Shown in pieces: positions 54,118 to 62,867 of a stretch of 64,000 bases of DNA. The position numbers were made by a program, and so were the translations under genes. The notes below the pieces were generated by a model. It saw nothing but the letters and a program-made list of their open reading frames with translations. It was not told where the DNA came from and made no database searches. The stretch covers positions 124,001-188,000 of the forward strand of contig NZ_JMCB01000028.1 of the NCBI RefSeq assembly GCF_000737315.1, read 5' to 3'. Position 1 is the stretch's first letter, and every line of letters begins with the position of its first letter. Source of the stretch: Hyalangium minutum. GTDB lineage: Bacteria; Myxococcota; Myxococcia; Myxococcales; Myxococcaceae.

Positions 54118-55557
54118 ATGCAGACCTTCCGAGACCGTGCCGCCGCCGCCTACGACGCCGAGCACTTCCGCCGCCAGGGGCACCAGCTGGTGGATCAGCT
54201 CGCCGACTACCTGGCGCGCGCCACCCGAGGTGAAGGGCTCCCCGTGCTTCCGTGGGCGCCTCCGGCGGAGAACGTGGCCCGCTTCCCGGGGACGTTCCCT
54301 GAGGAGCCCACTGGAGAGTTCTCCTCCTTCATGGAGCGGGTGCTCACCCACTCCCATCACCTGCACCACCCGCGCTACGTGGGGCACCAGGTGTCGTCGC
54401 CCCTGCCGCTGGCGGCGCTGTGTGACTTCGTCTCCGCGCTGCTCAACAACGGCATGGCGGTGTACGAGATGGGGCCGGTTTCCACCGCCATGGAGCACAA
54501 CGTGGTGCGCTGGATGGCCGGACAGCTCGGCCTGCCGGAGAGCGCGGGCGGAGTGCTCACTTCGGGCGGATCCGCGGGCAACCTCACCGCGCTGCTCGCG
54601 GCGCGCCAGGCCAAGGCCGGGTATGACGCGTGGAGCGGTGGTTCCACCGCGGGCCCGCCCCTCACGGTGCTCGTCGCGGAGACGGCGCACTACTGCATCG
54701 CCCGCTCCACGAAGGTGATGGGCTGGGGCGCGGGAGGCGTCACCCCCGTGCCCGTGGACGCGAACTTCCGGCTCCGCCCGGATGCGCTGGAAGGTGCGCT
54801 CGCGGCCGCCACCCGGGCAGGACGCAAGCCCATCGCCGTGGTGGCCAGTGCCGGTTCTACTGCGACGGGGGCGTTTGATCCGCTCGACGCGGTGGCGGAC
54901 TTCTGCGAGCGCCACGGCCTCTGGTTCCACGTGGACGGAGCCCACGGGGCCTCGGCGGTGCTGAGCCCCCGGTACCGCGCGCAGGTGAAGGGCATCGAGC
55001 GCGCGGACTCGGTGGTGTGGGACGCGCACAAGATGATGATGGTGCCCGCGCTGGTGACGGCGGTGCTCTTCCGCGAGGCCAGCCGCTCCTCCGAGGCCTT
55101 CGCGCAGGAGGCCAGCTACCTCTTCCAGGGCCAGGACACGCGGCGCTGGCACGACGTGGGACTGCGCACGCTGGAGTGCACCAAGGAGATGATGGCGCTC
55201 AAGCTCTACACGTGCCTGAGCCTGCTGGGCACGCGCCTCTTCTCGGAGTACGTGACGGAAACATTCGAGCTCTCGCGCCGCTTCGCCGAGCGCCTCCAGG
55301 CCTCGGGGGACTTCGAGGTGGCGGTGCCGCCGGACTGCAACATCGTCTGCTTCCGGCACACGCCGAAGGGGCTGCCGGCGTCGGAGTGGGACGCGCTCCA
55401 GTCCCGCCTGCGTGAGCAGCTCATCACCCGGGGCGACTTCTACCTGGTGCAGACCACCCTGCCGAAAGGTGTCTATCTGCGCACCACCCTCATCAACCCG
55501 TTAACAACGGACGCGGACCTGGAGGCCCTGATGGAGGCGGTGCGCCGGGCGGCGTGA
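54118..55557 (+). CDS. Group II PLP-dependent amino-acid decarboxylase
   Basis: HPRYVGHQ, GVLTSGGSAGNLTAL, SAGSTATGAFD, WFHVDGAHG, DAHK (PLP lysine). Confidence 0.92.
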   Translation: MQTFRDRAAAAYDAEHFRRQGHQLVDQLADYLARATRGEGLPVLPWAPPAENVARFPGTFPEEPTGEFSSFMERVLTHSHHLHHPRYVGHQVSSPLPLAALCDFVSALLNNGMAVYEMGPVSTAMEHNVVRWMAGQLGLPESAGGVLTSGGSAGNLTALLAARQAKAGYDAWSGGSTAGPPLTVLVAETAHYCIARSTKVMGWGAGGVTPVPVDANFRLRPDALEGALAAATRAGRKPIAVVASAGSTATGAFDPLDAVADFCERHGLWFHVDGAHGASAVLSPRYRAQVKGIERADSVVWDAHKMMMVPALVTAVLFREASRSSEAFAQEASYLFQGQDTRRWHDVGLRTLECTKEMMALKLYTCLSLLGTRLFSEYVTETFELSRRFAERLQASGDFEVAVPPDCNIVCFRHTPKGLPASEWDALQSRLREQLITRGDFYLVQTTLPKGVYLRTTLINPLTTDADLEALMEAVRRAA

Positions 55558-55605
55558 AGACACGGGAGCCGCGCACGTCTCACGGGTATCTGGGAGACTG
55601 CGCCT

Positions 55606-56385
55606 ATGAGCCGAGTCCGCCACTTGCTGTTCCTTGCTGCTGTGGGAGCGGGTGCCGCCGGGTGCCGCAGCGTGGGCCCGTCGGAAGTTCAACTCCCGGC
55701 GAAGCTGGACGCCCGCCTCCGGAGCAACGCCCAGGCCTGCGTCGAGCGCCTCAACCGGGACCGCACGCGCGCCCAGAGCGCCATGAACCTGTCGGACGTG
55801 CTGGTGCTGCTGGGAGCCAGTGCGGGTGCTGCGGGCAGCATCGCCGCCGCGTTCCTGACGAAGACCTCCTCCCGCCGGGCCTCCGCCTTGGTGGGGGCCA
55901 TCGGTGCGCTAACGGCTGGGGCGCCCAAAACGCTCGATGATCCTGCGGACATCCTCACGAAGCGAGCGCGGGCCGAGCGTCACTGGGTGGTGGGCTACAA
56001 GGTGCTCACGCAGACGGTGATTGCTTCCACTCCGGAGTCCCTGGGAGCTCAGTCCAAGCAGGTGGCGGAGCTCACGGGGGACTCCGCGAAGGCGGCCATG
56101 GAGATCTCCAGCCAGCAGCGCCAGAAGGCGCTGCTCTACGTGCTGGACCGATTCATCGACTGCACCGCCGACCAGCCGCCGGAGAACTTCGAGGAACTGC
56201 CTGCCTCGGGCATCTTCGCCATCGGCAGCACGCCCGTGGCCAGCGCAAAGGCTCCGGAAGGCAGCCAGAAAATCGCTCCCGCAGACAGCCAGGAGGCCGT
56301 CCGCCTCTACGCCGCTTCTCCGGAGGCCTCGGACCGCACACTCCCCGAGGCCCCCCAGGAGTCCGGAACGACAACGCCTCCCTGA
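55606..56385 (+). CDS. Hypothetical lipoprotein with internal hydrophobic helical hairpin
   Basis: Lipobox GAAGC; segments VLVLLGASAGAAGSIAAAFL and ASALVGAIGALTAGA. Confidence 0.6.
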   Translation: MSRVRHLLFLAAVGAGAAGCRSVGPSEVQLPAKLDARLRSNAQACVERLNRDRTRAQSAMNLSDVLVLLGASAGAAGSIAAAFLTKTSSRRASALVGAIGALTAGAPKTLDDPADILTKRARAERHWVVGYKVLTQTVIASTPESLGAQSKQVAELTGDSAKAAMEISSQQRQKALLYVLDRFIDCTADQPPENFEELPASGIFAIGSTPVASAKAPEGSQKIAPADSQEAVRLYAASPEASDRTLPEAPQESGTTTPP

Positions 56386-56511
56386 CCGGTATTCTCGGCC
56401 ACCAGCATCTGGAGGGCCGCTGCCGACCGTTGGGAGCCGAGAACGAAACGATTCAGCGGCCCGAGCAAGTACGCGGATGAACGACGGATAGGGGTGCTGT
56501 AGGTTGAGGCC

Positions 56512-57729
56512 ATGCTGAGTTCGATTCGCTTCAAGGATTTCAAGAGCTTTGCCGACGCGGAGGTGAAGTTCGCGCCGCTGACGGTGCTCGTTGGAGCGAA
56601 CGCATCAGGCAAGAGCAACCTCCTGGATGCCATCCGGCTGATGCAGGGACTGGGGCTCGGGTTCTCACTTGGGGAGGCTGTTCAGGGCCGACGGGAGGCC
56701 GGACGCGAAGTTTGGAAGGGACTTCGGGGTGGAATGGCTGGGCTGATCCGCAGCGGTCATCGCCAGACGGACTTGTCTCTCAAGTGGGCCTTGGAGGGCA
56801 AAGAATGGACTCACCGGCTCACCATCTCGACGGAGCCGCAACCGCTCATTCTTCCTGAATCATTCAATACCGGAGCAGAGGGCGCCACAGCGTTCGAGGT
56901 CATCGCCGACGGCAAAGGGGGGAAAACGGCCATCTTAGGTAACAAGTACAAAATGCCCAGTGCCGCACCACCCGATAGGAGCTTTCTGTATGACGCCTCC
57001 TTTATCCACAGCGTGCGGACAAAAGTGCAGCCTAAGAACCAAGTGATCGAGGTGGAGATGCCCAAGGCGGTGCGTCTTGTCCACCTCGCACTGCAAACCT
57101 CGGTGTTCCTCAACATCACACCCGAGCGGATGCGCGACTACTCGCAGCAGCAGGAGAAGGAGCTCGGCGCGGAAGGAGAAAATCTCTCCGCTGTACTCTG
57201 GAAGCTGTGCTTCGAGGAAGGCGCCCGTCAGGAGTGGGTGGACTGGCTGTCGGAGCTGTGCGCCCCGGAGCTCCAGGACCTCGACTTCATCTCAACAGAG
57301 CTGGGTGACGTCATGCTCGTCCTCATCGAGAAGGACGGAACGCGTACCCCGGCCCGGAGCCTCTCCGATGGAACGCTGCGCTTCCTCGGCACCCTCGTCG
57401 CTCTGCGGACCGCGCCTCCGGGCAGCATTCTCATGCTGGAGGAACCTGAAACGGGCCTGCATCCCCAGCGCATCCACCTGCTCGTCGAGGCCCTGGAGTC
57501 AGCGGCGCGTGAGCGCGGCATCCAGGTCATCGCCACCACACACTCCCCCCAAGTCCTGCAGTCCTTGTCCCCCGAGGCGCTGAAGAACGCTGTCCTCTGC
57601 GCCCGCAGCCCAGACCAGCCGGGCACGGTGCTCCGCCGGTTCGAGGACCTCCCCCACTTCACCGAGGTTTTGCCCCGCTCCAGCATCGACCGCCTCTTCT
57701 CGACGGGCTGGCTGGAGCGTGCGCTGTGA
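56512..57729 (+). CDS. AAA_21-type ABC ATPase (defence-associated)
   Basis: Walker A GANASGKSN, signature-like LSDGTLR, Walker B/D-loop MLEEPETGLHP, H-loop ATTHSP; no TM partner. Confidence 0.9.
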   Translation: MLSSIRFKDFKSFADAEVKFAPLTVLVGANASGKSNLLDAIRLMQGLGLGFSLGEAVQGRREAGREVWKGLRGGMAGLIRSGHRQTDLSLKWALEGKEWTHRLTISTEPQPLILPESFNTGAEGATAFEVIADGKGGKTAILGNKYKMPSAAPPDRSFLYDASFIHSVRTKVQPKNQVIEVEMPKAVRLVHLALQTSVFLNITPERMRDYSQQQEKELGAEGENLSAVLWKLCFEEGARQEWVDWLSELCAPELQDLDFISTELGDVMLVLIEKDGTRTPARSLSDGTLRFLGTLVALRTAPPGSILMLEEPETGLHPQRIHLLVEALESAARERGIQVIATTHSPQVLQSLSPEALKNAVLCARSPDQPGTVLRRFEDLPHFTEVLPRSSIDRLFSTGWLERAL

Positions 57730-58292
57730 AGGTCCTCGTCATCCCCGAGGACCCCACGCTCGATCAGTACATCCTCAAGCCCATCGCCGAGGCACTCTTC
57801 CGGGACCTCGGGCGCAAGGCACGCATCGACGTGCTCCAGGATCCGCATCTCTCGGGCGTTGACGAGGCGCTTTCCCAGAAGGTTCTCGCGGACATTGTCA
57901 CCGAGAACCCCATGGTGGATCTCTTCCTCGTGATGGTGGATCGGGACTGCAACCGCATGAAGAATGTGGAGTGCGCAGCAGAGCGTGAGGCTGAGCACCC
58001 ACGTCGGCTCGTGGCATGCCTGGCGGTCGAGGAGGTTGAGGTGTGGATGCTCGCGCTCCACCGCGAGGAGCTGAGTGGCCGATGGCCCGAGGTCCGCTCC
58101 GACTGTGACCCCAAGGAGCGCTACGCCGAACCCTTCCTACGGGAGAAGGGCTGGCTGACGGAGGTGGGCAAGGGACGCAAGCACGCCATGCGCGAGTTGC
58201 CCACGCGCTGGTCGTCGCTGCTCTCGGTCTGTCCGGAACTGGCGGAGCTTCGCGATCGGCTGCAAAGCCTGCTGGCAGCCTCTTCCAGTTAA
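57726..58292 (+). CDS. Small TOPRIM-like protein (DUF4276/RloB-like)
   Basis: VLVIPED (Glu after strand 1), MVDRD (DxD), EEVEVWML; GTGA overlap with the ATPase stop. Confidence 0.7.
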   Translation: MKVLVIPEDPTLDQYILKPIAEALFRDLGRKARIDVLQDPHLSGVDEALSQKVLADIVTENPMVDLFLVMVDRDCNRMKNVECAAEREAEHPRRLVACLAVEEVEVWMLALHREELSGRWPEVRSDCDPKERYAEPFLREKGWLTEVGKGRKHAMRELPTRWSSLLSVCPELAELRDRLQSLLAASSS

Positions 58293-59095
58293 GAACCGCT
58301 CCCCGTCGTGGGCTCCACCTTCGCCGAGAAGCGGCTGAGCGGGAACGTGGCCACGAGCATGAGCACCATGGCCCCCACGCTCAGCCAGCCGAACCACTCC
58401 GGCTGAGGCAGCTCGGTGAGCCGCACCATGCCTCCCTGCTGGGGGTCAAAGCCGCTGCGCACGCGGTACATGACGTTGCCGCCCCAGTGCAGACCGATGG
58501 ACAGCCACAGCGAGCCCGTGCGAGCCAAGGCCAGCGCGAAGGCAAGACCCAGCGCGGCCCACAGGGCGCAGTTGAGCAACGTCATCTGCGCGTAGACGGC
58601 GTGGTTGAGGATGTAGAGCACCGTTGTCACGAAAATGAGTGCTCTCGAGGGTAGGAGCGGCGACAGGTGCCGGAAGACGTACCCGCGAATGAGCACGTCA
58701 TCCATCGCTGAGGACAAGAACATCCCGACCAGCGCCTGTGCGAGCAGCACGGCCAAGGGCGCGAAGTCGATGAAGCCCTCGAAGCGGAAGCCTCCCAGCG
58801 CCCACTCCACGCCATACGCGAGCCCTTTGACCGCGAACCCGGCCGCGAAGCCCAGCGCGAGGTTGCGTCCCCAGCCCATGTGCCGGAAGAAGCCGTAGCC
58901 GCGCAACCCACCCGCTCCGGTGAGCCGTCCCCATGCGTGGGCGAGGAAGAAGAAGGAGACGCCCACCGCAACGAACATCCCCGGGCCTCCGCTCAACAGC
59001 ACCGGCAGGTACGAGTACACATCGAGCAGGACGAACCCCACTCCTGCGACGAGCAGCACCTTCCAAGTGGGAGACTTCGCGGCGAAGGGGTCCAT
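58289..59095 (-). CDS. CPBP (CAAX/Abi) family intramembrane protease-like protein
   Basis: Multi-TM; DDVLIRGY (motif 1 variant), LNHA, TGSLWLSIGLHWGGN. Confidence 0.8.
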   Translation of the reverse strand: MDPFAAKSPTWKVLLVAGVGFVLLDVYSYLPVLLSGGPGMFVAVGVSFFFLAHAWGRLTGAGGLRGYGFFRHMGWGRNLALGFAAGFAVKGLAYGVEWALGGFRFEGFIDFAPLAVLLAQALVGMFLSSAMDDVLIRGYVFRHLSPLLPSRALIFVTTVLYILNHAVYAQMTLLNCALWAALGLAFALALARTGSLWLSIGLHWGGNVMYRVRSGFDPQQGGMVRLTELPQPEWFGWLSVGAMVLMLVATFPLSRFSAKVEPTTGSGS

Positions 59096-59232
59096 GGAGC
59101 AGGTGCGCCTCATATCCCAATCCCCGCGAGGCAGCGGCACCGGGGACTCTTTCACCCGGAGGACACTCGCTCCTCAATAACGGAGCGAGGCCTCACACGG
59201 ACTGCGAGCATGGCTCCTCCCTCAAGGACCCG

Positions 59233-60918
59233 ATGCCCAGCCCCCACCTCCCAGAGCTCTCCCGCCCCCCGGCCCGCTGGCGCCGTCCCCTCCTCTGGAC
59301 CCTAGGGGCCGTGCTCGTCCTGGAGGTGCTCTACAACGCCGTGCTCCTCACGGGCCTGCTGGCCACGGTGATCAACCACTTCACCCACGGACGCCCCAAG
59401 GTGGAGTGGAGCCGGGCCTGGAGCCTGGTGCCCGGCCGTGTCCATGTCCGGGACCTGAAGGTGGGCCAGCAGTCCGAGAACGGCATCTCCTGGCAGCTGG
59501 CGATGGATGACGTGCGGGTGAACCTGTCCGTGATCTCCCTGTTCAATCGGACGCTGAGCGCCGATTCGTTGGACGTTCGCGGGCTGAGCGTCCAGGTCCA
59601 CTCGGGCCCCGAGAAGACGGAGGGCGACAAGCCCAAGGGTCCACCTCCCGAAAATCCCTGGAAGCTGTTCCTGCATGGCATCCACGTCCAGCAGGTCCAC
59701 GAGGTGGCCGTGAAGGCCGTGCGGCTCACGGGGATCACCACGGCCTCCGGGAGCCTGGAGGTGGTACCCGGGCACCGCGTCTCCGTCCGGGACGCGAAGG
59801 TGCACCTTGGCCCCGGCGAGCTGGCCTACGCGGACGCCAAGATCGCGAACATCGACCAGGGCTCGGGAGAGTTCAGCCTCGAGACCCAGCGCAAGGATGC
59901 GGAGCATGGGCTCGACCTCATCACCGGCCTGACAGGAGGCCGACTCCAGTTCACTGCCACCCACCCCACCTTCCAGGAGCTGTCCTCGCTCACCTCTCGG
60001 CTCGCGGGCATCTCGTTGAAGGGCGGCGCGGGGAAGTTGGAGGTGGACCTCCACGTGAAGGAAGGCCGGCTCGCCAAGGGCACGGTGATCAAAGGCTCGG
60101 CGGAGCCGCTCCTGTTCTCGCTCGGTGCCCTGCGGCTGAAAGCGCCCTGGCAGTTCTACTCGGACGTGTACACCCACGAAGACGGCAAGGACCGGTTCGG
60201 GCTCAAGCTCACGCTGGGACCCGCGCGCGTAGACGGAGTCGAGGGGCTGGCCATGGAGGCGCCCGAACTGCTCCTGCTGCTGGGAGCGGACACGCCTCGC
60301 CTCGATGAACTCCCCGCGGATGCCCACCTCGAGTTCCAGGCGAAGGCTCTGCAGACCACCTGGGGTGGCGCGAAGATGAAAGGGCATGTCCACGTGACAG
60401 CCGACGCGCGGAAGCTCTCTCTTCAAAGTGGGAAGGTGGCGCTGCACGGAAGCCAGGTCCAGCTGCAAGAGGTCTCCGTGCGGACCGGCTCGGACGAGGA
60501 GCGTAACTGGGAGGGCACGCTGACCTTCCCGGAGGCCACGCTCGACCTGTCTCCTCTTTCAGCGCAGGGACGCTTCTCGGGGAAATTCTCCAACGCCGCG
60601 CCGTTCGTAGCCCTCCTCACCTACAAAGGGGCGCTGCCCGGGGTGCTGAAGCCGCTGCTCACCGCCAACAACCTGGGCCTGTCCGGTCAGGTAGCCCTGG
60701 GAGAGAAGGGCCTCAAGGTGGACAAGTTGCTGGCCAACGGCCAAGGGATCCTGCTGCACGGATTGGCGGAGAGCACCGGGGCCGCTCCCCATGCCATCTT
60801 CTTGGTGAAGATGGGGCCACTCTCCGTGGGAGTGGAGACAGGGGCCGGAGACACGCACGTCCAGGTCTTCAACGCGTCGAGCTGGTTCCGAGAGAAGACG
60901 GGCATCTCGAAGGAGTGA
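59233..60918 (+). CDS. Membrane-anchored beta-rich protein, AsmA-like
   Basis: Single N-terminal TM followed by continuous amphipathic beta-strands. Confidence 0.5.
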   Translation: MPSPHLPELSRPPARWRRPLLWTLGAVLVLEVLYNAVLLTGLLATVINHFTHGRPKVEWSRAWSLVPGRVHVRDLKVGQQSENGISWQLAMDDVRVNLSVISLFNRTLSADSLDVRGLSVQVHSGPEKTEGDKPKGPPPENPWKLFLHGIHVQQVHEVAVKAVRLTGITTASGSLEVVPGHRVSVRDAKVHLGPGELAYADAKIANIDQGSGEFSLETQRKDAEHGLDLITGLTGGRLQFTATHPTFQELSSLTSRLAGISLKGGAGKLEVDLHVKEGRLAKGTVIKGSAEPLLFSLGALRLKAPWQFYSDVYTHEDGKDRFGLKLTLGPARVDGVEGLAMEAPELLLLLGADTPRLDELPADAHLEFQAKALQTTWGGAKMKGHVHVTADARKLSLQSGKVALHGSQVQLQEVSVRTGSDEERNWEGTLTFPEATLDLSPLSAQGRFSGKFSNAAPFVALLTYKGALPGVLKPLLTANNLGLSGQVALGEKGLKVDKLLANGQGILLHGLAESTGAAPHAIFLVKMGPLSVGVETGAGDTHVQVFNASSWFREKTGISKE

Positions 60919-60997
60919 GCCCACGAAGCTCCCACCCGTGAACTCCCGGGGTCAGTGCCTCCACGTCCGCGCTGATATGCTTTGGCCACGCGGGGCT

Positions 60998-61072
60998 GAT
61001 AACGCCATGCGCCGATAACGCTTTGCGTCGTCTCTCCACAGCGATAACGCCTTGCATCAATTAACGCCTTGC
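60998..61072. repeat. Four 13-bp direct repeats upstream of the ABC operon
   Basis: GATAACGCCATGC (60998), GATAACGCTTTGC (61014), GATAACGCCTTGC (61043), ATTAACGCCTTGC (61060). Confidence 0.85.
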
Positions 61073-61088
61073 GTCGAAGAACTAATTT

Positions 61089-61104
61089 TTGAGAGCGCTT
61101 TCAA
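61089..61104. promoter_or_regulatory. LacI/GalR-type operator palindrome
   Basis: TTGAGAGCGCTTTCAA: 16-bp palindrome with one mismatch and central AGCGCT, 48 bp before the SBP start. Confidence 0.65.
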
Positions 61105-61151
61105 GCCTTGCAGTGAATGGCGTATACGAGGCGCTCCTAACGGAGGGATTC

Positions 61152-62852
61152 ATGTCGCGCAGACTGCTGATGCTGTGTCTGTCTCTGATGTCGTTGGGAG
61201 GCCTCGCTCACTGTTCAAAGAGCCCCCAGGAGAGCGCGCAGCCTGCTCCGGCGGCTCCCACCACAGCCGCGGCCCCCGTGAAGGCCACGGCGATGACGGT
61301 CATCCAGGAGCAGCAGGCCTCGTGGATCCGCAACTTCAATCCCCTGATTGCTCCGGGCACCGCGCGCTGGCCCACGCGCGCGGGCGTCTACGAGCCGCTG
61401 ATGGTCTACAACACGCTCAAGGGCGAGTTCGTGCCCTGGCTGGCCACCAAGAGCGAGTGGAGCCCGGACAACAAGAAGCTCACGCTGACCCTGCGCTCCG
61501 GCGTGAAGTGGTCGGACGGCCAGCCGTTCACGGCCAAGGACGTCGCCTTCACCTTCGAGCTCCTCAAGAAGCACAAGGCCTTGGACTTCCCGGCGGTGTG
61601 GAGCTTCCTGGAGGGAGTCCAGGCCAAGGACGACACGACGGTCGAGTTCAGCCTGACGCGTCCCTACGTGCCCGGCCTCGTCTACATCGTCCACCAGCCC
61701 ATCGTGCCGGAGCACAAGTGGAAGGACGTCCAGGACCCGGTCACCTACACGAACGAGACGCCCGTGGCGACGGGCCCGTTCACCGAGGTGAAGGTGTTCC
61801 AGAACCAGATCTTCGAGCTGGGGCGCAACCCGCACTACTGGCAGCAGGGCAAGCCCGCCGTGGAGAGCCTGCGCTTCCCGGCCTACCCCGGCAATGATCA
61901 GGCCAACCTCGCGCTGCTCACCGGCGAGCTGGACTGGGCCGGCAGCTTCGTGCCCGACATCGAGCGCGTCTTCGTGGCCAAGGACAAGGAGAACAACCAC
62001 TACTGGTTCCCGCTCGTCGGCAACACGACGACGCTCTACGTGAACACCGCCAAGAAGCCCTTCGACGACGTGCGCGTGCGCAAGGCCATCAGCATGGCCA
62101 TCGACCGCGATCAGATCGTCAAGGTGGCCATGTATGGCTACACGCGGCCCTCGGACGCCACGGCGCTCAGCGACGCGCACGACCGCTGGCGCAGCCCCGA
62201 GGCCGTGGCCGCGGGTGACTGGACCAAGTTCGATCAGGCCAAAGCCAACGCCCTGCTGGACGAGGCGGGCCTGAAGCGCGGCGAGAACGGCATGCGCACC
62301 CTGCCGGACAAGACGCCCATGAAGTTCGACATCAACGTCGTCACCGGCTGGTCGGACTGGGTGCGCGCCGTGCAGCTCATCGCCCAGAACCTCAAGCAGG
62401 TGGGCATCGACGCCAGCCTGAAGACCTACGACTTCAGCCCCTACTTCGAGCGGATCCAGAAGGGCGAGTACGACATCAGCATCGGCTGGACGTCGGACGA
62501 GCCGACGCCGTACCACGTCTACCGCGACCTGATGGGGACCGAGACGCTCCGCCCGATCGGCGTGGTCTCCGCGCGCAACTGGAACCGCTTCGGCAGCAAG
62601 GAGGCCGATGGGCTGCTGCACGCCTTCGAGGCCACGAATGACCCCGCGGAGCAGAAGAAGATCGCCGGGCAGCTGCAGATGTTCTTCGTGCAGAACGCGC
62701 CGGCCATCCCGCTGTTCCCCGGCCCGTCCTGGGGCGAGTACAGCACGCGCCGCTTCACGAACTTCCCGAACAAGGACAACCCCTACGCGAAGCTCACGCC
62801 GAACAGCCCGCCCGAGAACCTGTTCGTCCTGGTCGAAGTGAAGCCCAAGTAA
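61152..62852 (+). CDS. Family-5 ABC substrate-binding lipoprotein, oligosaccharide (chito-oligosaccharide-like) subgroup
   Basis: WIRNFNP, YEPLMVYN, GVKWSDGQPFT, PIVPEHKWKDVQDPVTYTNETPVATGPF, ELDWAGSFVPDI, HYWFP, GWSDW; lipobox LAHC. Confidence 0.85.
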   Translation: MSRRLLMLCLSLMSLGGLAHCSKSPQESAQPAPAAPTTAAAPVKATAMTVIQEQQASWIRNFNPLIAPGTARWPTRAGVYEPLMVYNTLKGEFVPWLATKSEWSPDNKKLTLTLRSGVKWSDGQPFTAKDVAFTFELLKKHKALDFPAVWSFLEGVQAKDDTTVEFSLTRPYVPGLVYIVHQPIVPEHKWKDVQDPVTYTNETPVATGPFTEVKVFQNQIFELGRNPHYWQQGKPAVESLRFPAYPGNDQANLALLTGELDWAGSFVPDIERVFVAKDKENNHYWFPLVGNTTTLYVNTAKKPFDDVRVRKAISMAIDRDQIVKVAMYGYTRPSDATALSDAHDRWRSPEAVAAGDWTKFDQAKANALLDEAGLKRGENGMRTLPDKTPMKFDINVVTGWSDWVRAVQLIAQNLKQVGIDASLKTYDFSPYFERIQKGEYDISIGWTSDEPTPYHVYRDLMGTETLRPIGVVSARNWNRFGSKEADGLLHAFEATNDPAEQKKIAGQLQMFFVQNAPAIPLFPGPSWGEYSTRRFTNFPNKDNPYAKLTPNSPPENLFVLVEVKPK

Positions 62853-62867
62853 AGGCCCTCCGCTCCC

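Noticed and set aside
56393-56442. Inverted repeat TTCTCGGC...GCCGAGAA upstream of the ATPase
   Set aside because: Only 8 bp with a long loop in GC-rich DNA; compatible with chance.
61119-61133. GG-N10-GC motif before the SBP gene
   Set aside because: It lacks the TTGC element and lies only 18 nt from the start codon, leaving too little room for a leader.
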